Positions 27,264 to 40,175 of a stretch of 64,000 nt of DNA are shown here, piece after piece. This stretch comes from Nemertoderma westbladi (taxonomy: Eukaryota > Animalia > Xenacoelomorpha). Both the position numbers and the translations under genes were made by a program. The first letter of the stretch is position 1. Every line of letters starts with the position of its first letter. Below the pieces are notes generated by a model, which saw only the letters and a list, made by a program, of their open reading frames with translations, was not told the origin of the DNA and did no database searches. Location: positions 50,128 to 114,127 of the forward strand of contig JAUCBJ010008515.1 of the NCBI GenBank assembly GCA_032718475.1, written 5' to 3'.

Positions 27264-28503
27264 TGTTCGCGCTTTCAGACCTTTAGCAGTTTAACCTGCC
27301 AAATTTGGATGTCTTCTAGATAATAAATCGACTTTAGCCTATGACGAGTATTTGATACACTACATTAGCCGAAGCCAGTCTATGCGCGACCATTCACCCG
27401 CTGGATATACCCGGGAGACTGGATTCGGAAGCCTAACCTTATTGCGGTGTAGGCCTACTGTATTATTCGACTGATCGTAATATATAATCTCTGACAAATA
27501 TTATTCACTTTCGGGAAATATTAACAGTTCCTTTAGGACGTGGCGCTCTAAATATGTAAACAGAGTTATGACTTAAACTAGACACAACGGGATGGCTATG
27601 GATTCAGGTATATAGCGCATTCTTTAGGAGATGATTTGTTATCAATCACAATCATACACACTACTGCACAATACTGCACACCGATCTGCCGACCTTCACT
27701 AATTTTAGTCACATATAAAGAGAACAACAACCGACTCATGTAGTGCCTATGAAATAGCATTAGATTCACTCCAAAACCACTTTAATGTAAGTCGCAATCA
27801 TTATATGTAACCGGTCTCTCTTACCTTCAGTATATCAAGAAGATTGAGGGTTTTGTAATTATTTATCGGTATTCCAAATATAATAATATCCCATCAACTG
27901 ATATAATGAATAACCGACAGTAAATAGCAGTACAAATGTTAAGGTATGAATGGTTATGATATGTTATGTTATGATAACAGATATACGTTCTATAATTAAG
28001 CCTACTAATGTAGGGCTAAAGTCTGAAACAACAGAGATTCCAAAGCCGGTCTTCTAGGCTCGGGAAAACCAACACAACTGATCCCTCTGGGCTGTTGTAG
28101 GGATCTTTCAACACAAAGAGAAACAGCTCTCATTGGCCGAGTTCCAGATTCTATAGGTTCCACGAATGTCTAAATGCCGAACTATTCGGGTTTTTGCAGC
28201 CCATATTCAACACAAGGCGAAATCGCTCTGATTGGTGGATCATTGTTCTGATTGGTTGAACAAGAACAAGTGATTGGACAGAACAAAGAGCCTATAGGCG
28301 TACAGCAAATCGGTTGGTAGATTGTGTCATTTGAGTTAGGTAGCTTAGAGTATTTGAGCGCATTGTGGGAAAACTGGCTTTTTATGTCCGCTAAAGCACA
28401 CATGCAGACACAGCGGATAAATCACTAGTTATGTCCTCTAAAAACACCTTACACAGTACATTGCGGAGAAAAGGGCCAGTTATATCCCGCAAAAGGTTTT
28501 ACA
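27264..28503 (-). repeat. BEL 3' LTR (~1.24 kb)
   Basis: Near-identical to 61124-62349. Purine tract GGGAGCGG (minus strand) abuts it at 28504-28511. Confidence 0.95.
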
Positions 28504-28581
28504 CCGCTCCCAGAAAATGGGATTTAATTCTATAAAATATAAAAAATCACAGTTTCTAAAATATAAAAATACTCTAAACAG

Positions 28582-29941
28582 CTAGTCTTTCTTGCGCGGA
28601 CAGCGTTTACGCAGTTCTTTGAGGCTAGCAAGAGTCCTTTTCTCTTTGGGGCGAGCCACTTTACTAGGAGGGCTGTTACTCCTGGGTGAAGGGTGCAATA
28701 CAATTGCATCAGAAGGTTTAGGGTTACGGTCGATGTCTCGTCCATTTCGATATGCTTCTCCTCGAGCTGATTTTCCTCCGCTTATCGTTGGATGCGTTCG
28801 TCCAAAACTCTTGCAGAGAATAGGGTCGTCCAAGTTCGATATCTTCTTAGAGATTCTGAATTTCCTGATTGAACTGAGATAAAATTAATTCGTTTACCGC
28901 TTGGACTTGCTGCTGCAATTTACGTTTCTCTAAACAATTATAGGTTCATTTTCCGATCTTTTGACGAATAGTGTCCAACGCGTTTCGTACAACTCTTTCT
29001 TCCGCCTCGGTGACAGGTTGTATCGGGTTAAACAGGGACGTTGATACGGTTGAATGGCGATATTAGCTGTCCGCGTCCCAATCTGACTAAGTAAGATGGG
29101 TGAATATTTAGGGAGTCCACAACCGGAGTGCCACCGACTAACTGTTCGGGTAACACTAGATCTTTGAACAGTGAGTACAGTTCGGGAGGATCCGTGATAC
29201 TATTAGGATCAAGAGTCTGAGGTCTAACTAGGGAATGAGGAGGTCTGACCGAGTATTCCGGAACTCTGATCATAGGTTTATTTAAGGATCGTTTGAATCG
29301 AGCGAGCGTAGGTGATACATCAAAAAAGTTTCGCTCGAAACTCCCATAAATATAGCAAGTAAAACTGTGTTTAAAGCAAAGTCTCCGCGGATGTTTATGT
29401 CTTTCCGTTTGTTGGTTGGGTCTTGGGCATTCATCGCAATAATACCAAAGACGCACGTATTGTAGGGGAAACGCGGGTGATATTTATTCAGTTTTACAAC
29501 GTTTCTCTCAAGAATTCCAAATATACGTTAGAGTTATTGCGTTTATCCGGTTCTTTAATGTCTTCTCTTTCGAGTCGATTTCGAATAGAATTTTCACATT
29601 CGATTTTCAGTTTATCGTTCCGACTCCGCTGGGTAGGATACTCAAAACAGTACCACTTCCCTTTCGGTGTCGACATCGTCCGTATCGTGTAAATCGATAG
29701 AATGACTAGTAGTTAAGAAGTCCATATACATACCATTACGATGCGTATAGCGAGCGGTGAATTTTCTATAGTCCAATTCACGCGTAAGTTGCTCCTGGGA
29801 CATTAGCGGTTCGATATAACGACCATCGTCCTCCGTAGTAGTTGGACCAGCGTCGCCGCGTATCAAGCTATCAACAAACGCTTGTAAAGGTAGAGTATAT
29901 CGCTCCCTGATACCAAGATCATCTTCTATCAACTCAGTCAT
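28582..29941 (-). pseudogene. Extra 3' ORF of BEL element (fragmented homologue of 13992-15690)
   Basis: FVDS..EDDGRYIE matches FIDN..EDDLRYVE; VFGIIAM matches AMGIYAA; FFDV..KPMIRVP matches FRDV..KPIIKP. Basic C-terminal tail. Confidence 0.6.
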
Positions 29942-31580
29942 ATCTGCTATATGAGTTTATCAATATTATAATGAGTTTATATTTAGGCTAGCGGGCGTCG
30001 CTGCCTACCCCTCTCGGCCCCCGGACAGCGCAAGATCCTCAGCGCTGGTGTACTTTCGCCGATGTGCCTATCGCCAACGTCGTAGCTGCACAACGACCGC
30101 AACAACCAGCGCAAGTCACTCCACCGTCCGTCCCAAAGGCTTAGATTTACTTCAGGTTCTTACTGGAGAGTTAGGGCTACTTTCACAATTGCGACTCGCT
30201 ACTGTAAACACACTTTAGTAGTAACATTCACCTATAAACGCACAAATTCCACGCAACTGTCACAAATTGTACACATTCGGGCCATTTGTACGTTAGTCAG
30301 TGCCTTCCAGAATGCCACGTTATTATTGGGTATCCTGGAATACTAGCAGTGTGCTATTTATTCCTTATGCTATTCAATGGGCAAGCTTTATTGTTCTTTT
30401 AACTCACTTCTAATTCTAGCGTGGTTGTTGCCATGGTGACATTATGGAAAGCTAGCGGTAGAATTAGGGTAATTCTCATGCATACAGATCTGGGATGCTA
30501 TTTAATAGTAATTCTTTAATTGTCAATATTTCTCTTTATACATGATTTTATGAATTTTATCGGCTATTGACTATATATTGGAGATTCTCGCACACTAATA
30601 TACTTAATAGGGTGAATCTCCGCTCCCATGATCTATTAATTTATGGAATTTTGGGAATGTTATAAATTGCATAAAAATGACAATTTATCAAATTCATTAA
30701 AATATGAATTTAAATTTATTCCCGTAAATTTTATTATTTAATATTAAAATAGACACAATTTTATTCCAGAACATATCTGGGGACTGGGATCCTTGATTCT
30801 AGGAAATTTGTTCTTTTAAGAGTATCGGTAAGTGCTACGATATCTTAATTGACTAGAATTTTAAAGGATCTAAAATTTGACAGATTTTGTAAATATTAAT
30901 AATTAATATTTAGGATGGGCACCAGTTTATTCCAGAACTTGTCTGGGGACGTTAACCACTGATTCTAGAATTTTGTCTTTCAAGTATATCGGTGGGTGCC
31001 GCGATATCTTAATCGACTAGAATTACAGATGGTCAAAGGGTTTAACAGATTTATTTGCGTTGTACGCTACTGTTAAAGGGACATCACGCTATTATATGTA
31101 TTATTTAATATACGGTATGAGAGCAATATCGCACGAAGCAATGTCAGTGAGAAGAGGCAAGTCGTTTCCAAGGTCTACCCAGAGCTTGGTTTAGCCGAGA
31201 CACGAGGATCTGAATTTTGCATTCCTAATACTCTACTTACCAATAATACTTGAATATAGTAGGAGCTTTATTGTACTTTAATAAGTATGGATATTTCATC
31301 TTACTGTAGTTACGTATTTGTAATGTAATAAGGACAGGACAGTAAGGAAAGAGAAAAGAATTATTTCTCGCCGTCGCTGTAAATATATAATATATAAGTA
31401 ATTAAGTAAGTAATAAACACTAATATATATTGCACTAATCTACTAAATAATCGCTAAAATAACATTCTACTAAATAAAATTAAAGAAAACGATTATAATA
31501 AAATTACATAATAATACATACATAAATATAAAATAATAAGAATATAAAATAATATAGTCACACACCCACTCCAGACGTCG

Positions 31581-32248
31581 TTACATTGGGGAGTCCCTAG
31601 ATGTTTGTTGGATTAGGGAGGTGGTCGTGGGAAGAGTATCTTGCCTTCCATTGTTTCCGGACAGTTCTCGGTCTCTTTCCAGTAAACATAAACGACCAAC
31701 TGGGCGATTGAGCTGCTGTGTCTCGAAGACAATTCCAGGTTTCCTCTTCGTCCTGGAATAGTGATGATAGAAACATCGCTTCAAATACACGACGGCCTTA
31801 CAAAGCCGATTCCAGGATTTATAGTGGTCCATCGCTCCCGGCAGGAGAGGTGAGAGTCCCGACGAGACGTCTGGTGTTCCAGATCTCCAGTCTCTCTCTC
31901 TGATCTCCACAACAGATCGGTTCGCGTTGGGGGAGTTTAGATCCACAGCGTCGTCCCTGGCAATGTGTAATACAGACAGATCTATCACGGGTTTAAATAA
32001 CCTTGATTTACTCGTCCAGGTTTTAGGTTTGACTTTCTCCGCTCCCTTGGCTTGTCTAATCTCAGCCGTGGTAAGATGGGGAGGCCATTCATCTTCTTTA
32101 CTTTGGAAGTCGGGTCCACCTAACCAGTCTGGAGTATCTGTCAGTTCTTGAGGAGTTGCTCCTCTGGAAGCGATGTCGGTTAGATTAATCGTCTCGGGGC
32201 AATATCTCCATTGATCTACATTGGAGTTAATATCGTCATTATCTGAGG
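31581..32248 (-). pseudogene. BEL pol remnant: end of RNase H joined to extreme C-terminus of integrase
   Basis: QWRYCPETINLTDIASRG..WLGGPDF, then SWNRLCKAVVYLKR, then RPVGRLCLLE. Confidence 0.8.
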
Positions 32249-32254
32249 AGTATG

Positions 32255-32625
32255 AGTAGTAGATAAAGCATGGCCCCCAACAAAGTCCTCCCTAAGCCTG
32301 GGCTATGCACATTCCATTCGGAGGGCTATTAAAAAATGCCAAATTCCGGTGCTAAATTGCGGTGCGCGCCACATCTGTCACCACCATCCATCGATCGGCA
32401 GTTGCCATCAACCAATCGTAGCGTAGCGTAGCCTAACCTCACGGATGCCCGCCTTACTGACTGACTAACTAACTACTAACCCTAATGTTATTCACCTTTT
32501 CACCACGTCACCATCACCACCACCACCACCACCACCGCTGTATACTGTATATGATGGTGACAACGACGACGTGGCCACCAACTACTCGCATCGCGCATAT
32601 ATTATATTATATCGATTGCCAACTC
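32255..32625 (+). repeat. Polinton left TIR
   Basis: Reverse complement of 47879-48231. Outer ~180 bp match essentially exactly; inner part has indels. Confidence 0.95.
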
Positions 32626-33047
32626 CACGACAGCCGTCGCCAAACCAACAAACCAACCACTCAGTATGATACATGTGCATGAAATTCCGCCTCGTGTCAA
32701 CTACACGTATACGAGCATTTCCATAGTAGTTACTCAAGCTAACCGATCCCGCAGCATCTGGGCCATATTGAAAGGCTACTACTACTACTAACATTATACT
32801 GTGCGTTTTTATTATAATTATTGATTATTATTACACACAACCCTATGATTCATATTCTTTCACGTATTTCCTATCCACATTGCAACCCATCTCTTTTCTT
32901 ATTCGTCCATTATGCCACATCCCATCTCTTCTACGTTGACTATGCCACATCACGTATTCAGAAACTTATATAACTGAATGTTTTTATTTAAAATTCATCA
33001 CTTGTAATCTTCATGGTAATATATTGATAACATATCTAATTTTTTTT

Positions 33048-33416
33048 GTTCTCACTCTGAAATTGTGTTATTTCCTTAATAATTTCTACATTATCTTATT
33101 CGTTGTATATTCGTTGGTCGGAAAACGACACCTCATAAAATGATACTGATTCCAGCATTGGGTATCGACCTAAAAACGAAAATCTGAGCTACTATTTAAA
33201 CTATTTAACAAATCTTGATACTGACGGGGCTAAGGGTAGTTCTAATGTACGATCATGAATATCTTTGGGATATTTCAAATCGCAAATTAAGATCAAGATT
33301 TGTTAAATAGTTTATTAGTAGCTCAATTTTTGTTTTTTGGTCGATACCTAATGTCGAACTCAGCATCATTTTTCTTAGGTCTCGTCTTCCGACCAACACA
33401 ATTTTAAAGTGAGAAC
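33048..33416. repeat. Long imperfect palindrome (fold-back) in Polinton left non-coding arm
   Basis: GTTCTCAC/GTGAGAAC, GTTGGTCGGAA/TTCCGACCAAC and AAACTATTTAACAAATCTTGAT/ATCAAGATTTGTTAAATAGTTT pair symmetrically. Confidence 0.85.
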
Positions 33417-33489
33417 TATGGTGTCAATTTATTACAGCGATACGGTTTAAAATTTATCACTTGTAATATTTTTCGTATTTATTATTATT

Positions 33490-34553
33490 ATGGCCTTAAC
33501 GCAAAAAACCGGAGCAACAAATAGCTGGAAATTTACTTACAATAAATATACTTGTACCGTCGTTCACAGCAAGTATTTTATTGTGGAATCTCAGGAGGAC
33601 AACGAATCAATTTGTTTTTCCCATCAAGATACCCGCTATTTGTTAGACATTCTAGAAACAACCAACAACAACCAACATCAATCCAGACCAGCAATTATAC
33701 CAGGTAGGATATATCCAACTCTTCGTTTTGCGCGGGGAAATTTGAATATTTCCATCAACCCCACATCGGGTGATGTTTACGTTCAGAAACAAGGCAAATG
33801 TAAAGTTCTCAACAAAGCTTTTACTGAAGTTCTAATTCAATACAGAGGGAAATTATTGCAATTTCTCTCTCCACCGCTAGAGATTATTAGCGATCAATTC
33901 TACATTGAATTATCAAATCCAGAGTTTATTGGATTTGTAACAGCTTTTAAAGGAACCAACTATGTTGGCTTATGGAAAATCAGCCTCAGATACGCTGATA
34001 GTGTTGGTTTTAACTATTATACGGGTTTCAATTTGTCAAAACAGGAACTAACCGTTTTGTTGCGAGAGTGGGACAACCAAGTCGATGAAACAGACAAGCA
34101 TCTTTTTGATAAAAATATCATTCAATTATCAGACCGGCTCAAAATGATTAAAACCAATAATAAAAAAATTATTATCACCAACACCAATAATTCTACTGAA
34201 GTAGGTGCCGGCAGAAATTCTATTGAGTTGCATTACTTGAATGATAAAGCCCATATTAGTTTTCTCAAAGAATCGATGGATGGCGTTTCTCTTACATGTT
34301 ATATGTTGACGGTTTTGTCCTTTTGGATAAACCTAAAGCATTCGTAGAGATCCCATCACCTAATCCGGATGTTGAAGAGAGTTGCTCTCAACCGCAACAG
34401 GTCTTTCCTGAAATATTACCTCGGAAGCCAAGATCATCGAGTAAATTTACCAACGCATCACCTGCAAAGAAACAGAAAGTTGTCAGTAACCCAGTTCTAG
34501 TAGAGCCTGTTACTAATTCTCCATGGAAACCTGATTATTATCCTAATATGTAA
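33490..34553 (+). CDS. Polinton ORF with PC4-like ssDNA-binding repeat(s); frameshift near 34300
   Basis: FVTAFKGTNYVGLWK...TGFNLSKQELTVL resembles the PC4 consensus V..FKGK.Y.DIR...KGISL..EQW..L. NLS-like PAKKQK lies in the shifted tail. Confidence 0.5.
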
Positions 34554-34745
34554 ACCTAATCATAAGTTAAACTCTTTGCGGTTTCCAATAGTCATAAGCG
34601 ATTGGTGATTGGTTTAAAATTATTTCCCTCGCTAGCATATAAATGTTTAGATATAGTCAATATCATATCATTTCATTTTATTTTAATCTTTGGACATATT
34701 TTATTATTATTATTATTATTATTATTTATCTAAACAAACTTCAAA

Positions 34746-37700
34746 ATGGATAAAATAACAATATGTTGTTCATTCTGTCATATGAATGTAACTAGACATA
34801 ATTATTTACGCCACCTACGGTCACATTTTGAAGGTTATTCTTGTTTTAAGTGTCATGTCGTGACTTCATGCAGCAAAATTTGTAAACGACATGAATCAAC
34901 TACTGGTTGTAAAGAAATGGAGTTCCGCACCTATCAATTGACTTGTTCTACCTGTAATAAAGAGTATACATATGAGAATTATATACGACACGACTGTCAC
35001 TTGAAATGTTACTACACAAGAAAGCATAAATTTCCGCAACATAAAAATATAATATCCAGAAAAAACTTAAGGGTGGCTCTTGGTACATGCGCAACAATTT
35101 TTACGCGGGAACAAGAAGCTCACGATAATCGTCTTGAAATTTATGTCCACGACCTCCCAACTTCTAGAGATTATCCCGATGTAGAAACAGCATTAGCACA
35201 AATTCGAGGTAATATTCTTCAGTTAATATTAGATAGATTGAAAGAAATGAATGTTCTTAGACTGTGGTTAGGTCTAAATGTATTAATGTACAGATCACAT
35301 TTTTCAGAAGGCGAGCAATTGGAAACCTTTTATTTTAATTCTTCCGGTGGTGCTATTAATACTGTAGATTCACCGCAAAGTTTTGACACATGGTTTGAGT
35401 ATGTGCTGGGAAATATATTACAAAAAATAGCCATCTTTAACACACGTGGTTCGGGGTGGCGTATTAAATCTTTATTAAGGGTTGAAATTAAATTAGCTGA
35501 ATCTAAGTGTAGGTCATTACTATATAAGGGGCATGGATATATGGAATTACCTAAGGCTTTATCAGCTAAAAAATGTACAATAAATATACAAACAGCTGAT
35601 AATGATTGTTTCAAATGGGCTATTATATCCGCAAAATTTGGTAGCAAAGTGAAAAACAACAAAAACCATACTTCATTGTACAAAAATTATATGAGTCATT
35701 TCATTTTTGACAATGGGAACAAAGATTATCCAACAGAGTGGCAGTTAGCGATTAAACTTTTTGAAAAACAAAATTCAAAATATATAATTAATTTACTATG
35801 TTGGAATAACGACAACAAACACACTCCTGTATCTATATTAAGACAACCTCCGTTTAGTAAAATTACACCTGATAAACAGTTATTAAATATATTACTTGTA
35901 GTAAAAAATAACAATGTACCTAAACTGAATCATTATGTTTGCATAACTAACTTGAATCGATTGCTGAATACGAGAGCTCTTCATACTCGAGGTAGGCAAT
36001 TTTGTGAAAGGTGCTTGGCTCATTTTTTTCGAGCGGAAGTTCTTCATCGACACCGTCTCGTATGCTACCAAGGAAGAAGTCAGCGCGAGAAACTACCTAA
36101 TAAAAAAAGAACACACATTAGTTTTACAAATTTAGATAGAACCTTATCCCCATTGTTTGTCACCTACTTTGATATAGAATGTATCTTACAACCTTCAGTT
36201 AATAATCAATTTATACAGGAGCATATACCGTGTGCTGTGAGTTATTTAATTGTTCCCAATACTGAATTAATTGACCCACCAAAATGTCATTTGAAAACAT
36301 TTGTAAAGACAAATAATAATAATAATTGTATTCAAGATTTCTTAGATTCATTATATACTGATTTAACTGAATTATGTTGTTGGTCAGACATATACACTCA
36401 TAAAACCATGTCATTTACTAATATTGATTTTGTAAATTTTGAACAAGCAAAATTCTGTTTCTATTGTAATGTTACTTTAAATAATAATGTTGGGAAAAAC
36501 AGACATCATTCACATATTACAGGTAAATATATTGCGGCAGCCTGTAATAGTTGTAACCGAAGTTTATCATTGAAACGATACCTGTATGTACTTTGCGGGC
36601 ACAATTCCAACAACTACGATATACATTGTATATTACAAACCGGATTTAAAGATAAGAAATACACAGATTGGGATATAAAGGTTATACCGAGAAATACAGA
36701 ACGATATATTTCACTGAGTGCATTTATCCCAATTAAAAACACTTCTAAAAAAATTGAGTTACGTTTCTTGGACACATATCAATTTTTAAGCTTTTCTTTA
36801 AGTAATTTAGTTGAGTGTTCAACAAAGGATGTAGCGAGTCATGATATAAGCTCAATTTTACCTATTACTCTACAAGAAATGAAATATTTTTATCCAAACT
36901 TGAATAACTCAACAATTAAACGGAAAGGAGTATTTCCATACGAGTACTTGACAGATATTAATAAATTTAATGATACTAGTTTACCATCTATAAATAATTT
37001 TTTTAGTAACTTAAGTCAAAAAACATGTACAATTGAAGATTATAGGTTTGCGGAATTATCATGGGTTGAATTCGACTGTGTGAATCTCAAAGATTATCTT
37101 TTAGCCTATTTAAAACTCGATGTTTGTTTGCTTGCTGATATATTTGAGAATTTTAGGAATGTTTGTAAACAAAATTACGATTTAGAAGTGGTTTTTTACT
37201 GTAGTATCGCGTCATTTACCTATGATTGCGCACTAAAATATAATAAATGTAAAATATAATTAATAAAGGATTATCAGACATATAGAGATTTTGAAAAATC
37301 AATTAGGGGTGGTGTTTCATTTTGTCGAAAGCATTATATAGAATCAAATATGCCAGGAACAAGTATATATGATTCTACTAAGGAAGAATGCCATATTTTT
37401 AATATTGATTTCAACTCTTTATATTCAGGGAATTTAAGTAAAAAACTACCCACCTCGCAATTCAAAGAAGTAAGTAGTAAACATTTAGAGAATGCAATTC
37501 CAGAAAAACTAATCGAGTACTTGGTAGATTTAGACATTGATGGATCTACTGGATATTTTTTAATATGTGATTTAAATTATCCTAAAGCTATTCACGATGA
37601 AACATTACAATTACCGTTAGCCCCAGAGCATTTAAGTATAAATGAATCAATGCTTTCACCTTATATGAGGGAACAATTTAATAATTTATCGATACAAAGA

Positions 37701-38807
37701 GGTACCTCCCGTAAATATAGGATGTCTACACCAAAACTCTTGCTGACGCAATTTGATAAAGAGTTTTATCATTTACATTTGAAACTGTTAAAATTTTATA
37801 TAAAACATGGATTAATTGTTACTAAACTACATAAATTATATTCTTTTCAACAAGAATTTGTATTTAAACCCTACATAGATTTTAATATTAATCAAAGGCG
37901 CCTAGCAAAAAGTTACATTGAAACTGCTGTCGCGAAATTGCTCAATAATTCACTGTTTGGCAAATCAATAGAAAAGATAAGAGATCGATGTAACTTTCGT
38001 ATCGCAAATAGCAACGATAAATGCGATCAATTGGTAAATCGTATTAATCATGAACAATTTATAATATACAATAATACATTATCGGGACATTTATTAGTGA
38101 AAGACTCTGTAACTCTCGATAAGCCTATATTTATTGGTAGCGCTGTGTTGGACTTGGCTAAATTGGATATGTATGAGCTGTTTTACAATAAATTGCTACC
38201 TATTGAGAAAGAATTAAATTGTAGTATTGAAATTGCTGCATCAGACACTGACTCTTTAATAGGTTGTTATTATAATACATCACAGAATAATTTTTTAAAA
38301 GCATTAATTAAAAATAATATTTTAGATACTTCCAATTACCCTAAGGATCACCCTCTTTACAGTGATAAAAATAAATCCCAACTCTATTACTGTAAAGACG
38401 AGCTAGCCTCACGTGAAATTAAACAAGCAGTATTTTTAAGACCAAAATTATATTCAATTTTGGAATGGAATAACAAAAATATTCGTAGAGCAAAAGGTAT
38501 TACAAGAGCTGTTGTGGAAACGAATATTACACATGAAGAATATTTAAAAGCATATAACTCAAATGAAGAAATAAAAAAAAACATACACAGATTTCAATCT
38601 AAATTACATCGTATTTATACCTTAAAGCAAAATAAATTTGCACTCAGTAGCTTTGACGATAAACTTTATTGGGTTAATAAAAATCATTCGCTTCCTTGGG
38701 GGCACTATAAAACAAACCTCAAAAAAACTATAAAAATATCAAATATACCAATTTATGAAGAACCAAAAGACGACAGTGTTGATGATGAATTATCAAATAG
38801 TAAATAA
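34746..38807 (+). pseudogene. Protein-primed DNA polymerase B with one in-frame TAA at 37257-37259
   Basis: N-terminal zinc fingers, GSGW, YFDIE, HNSNNYD, RFLDTYQF, KGVFPYEY, SIRGG (just past the stop), DFNSLY, KLLNNSLFGKS, DTDS. Both ORFs are in the same frame. Confidence 0.95.
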
Positions 38808-39305
38808 AAATATAAGTTGCCAGCAAGTGTTCAATTATCTGGTAAACACATACTCAAACCAAATCAGTTTATATATAAGATATTTGGTGCTACATTATTA
38901 ATATTTAAAAATGGTCGTATTACATTATTAGGCAGTAAGTATAATTTCCAAAAAGTAAAAAAGCATATATTTGATAAAACTAGTATTAATTTGATTTTAA
39001 AATCTGTTAATTTATGTACTTATATTTTTAGTATTAAGTCTGTAGTCTATAGGTTATTGATAAACAATACCGGGTTTTATGTTGTCTTTGATAATGTGCA
39101 ACTTCAAGTTATATATGAACCTGAAATATTCAATAACTGTAAAGTCAGAATAAATAATAATGTTGTTGTTTGCTGCTTCTACACCGGTAAATGTACATTA
39201 ATGTGTTCCCTGTTTAAATTTCATATATATTACCCTATATTCAACAAACTGGTTAATAATTTATTATTGTTTGGTGCGAGGGTTTTTGTTGTAAAATATA
39301 ATTAG
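38782..39305 (+). CDS. TATA-binding-protein-like ORF of the Polinton (likely frameshift near 5' end)
   Basis: Two TBP-like repeats: ATLLIFKNGRITLLGSK and YEPEIFNN...CCFYTGKCTLM. An out-of-frame ATG at 38782 gives MMNYQIVNKNISC. Confidence 0.7.
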
Positions 39306-39669
39306 TGTGAGTGAAATTTATTGTTGTTGTTGCTGTTTGGTGGTGGAGATTTTTACTGTAAAATATATATATATTAAATTGGTTGGAAAAAAATTATGAA
39401 TATTTTTTTTTTTTTTTAAATCAACAACTAGTTTGAGGGGAAATTAACTTCGGTAGAGCGATTGCTGCTTGTAACACACAAGTAGGCATAGTATACTCAG
39501 GGGCTGTAGCTAGCTAGCTAACTTGGCATTGTTGCTCACGAGTGAGTTACAATAGCGCATCTGTTACTTATGAGTGTGCGTGAGTGCGGCGGGCAACGCT
39601 AAGCTCGGTGAGAAAAGATTAGGGCTATGTGCTGGTATTCATAGTCAAAGACGATGCCCTCCTATCTGT

Positions 39670-40144
39670 TACTAGTCTGTATACCGGTACATATCATTAA
39701 AACATCGGCTATGCATCTCCCTACATTCAGAATAGAACAACGAACAGAGCATATATCGCTAATCCGCCTGGGAAAGGTTTATGTTGTGCATTTTGTTAAC
39801 TATGAGAATTTTGTAAGTTGGGAAACTAATATTGCCCGTTTCAGCAACCCAAATACATGTATATTTTTTTTATATTTTAAATGTCTCTTCATATATTTTT
39901 TAAAGTCATCTTGCGAAATGTCACCGTAGTCCCAGGGCAAATGAGAAGTCATGTCTCATAAATTGTTTACGTGAGCTACATCTAAAGCTGATAACTTAAT
40001 ATTAGGTGGGCCTTTAATTAAAAACATCTTTACATTAGTTTTGGTGTAATTAGAATCGAATATAGCAAATTCTTTAAATACTACCGGATACTCTTTATTG
40101 TCTATCTTATAATATTGAAAATCAACAAAAATAATATTATCCAT
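39670..40144 (-). pseudogene. DEDD/DnaQ-fold small Polinton protein, interrupted
   Basis: IFVDFQ...VFKEFAI...FLIKGPP, in-frame TGA, then SHLPWDYGDI...IHVFGLLK. Confidence 0.5.
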
Positions 40145-40175
40145 TTTATCTGATAAACAAAAGCTAAATGATTAA

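Noticed and set aside
32485-32682. Poly-His ORF
   Set aside because: It is a translation of the (CAC)n microsatellite within the TIR.
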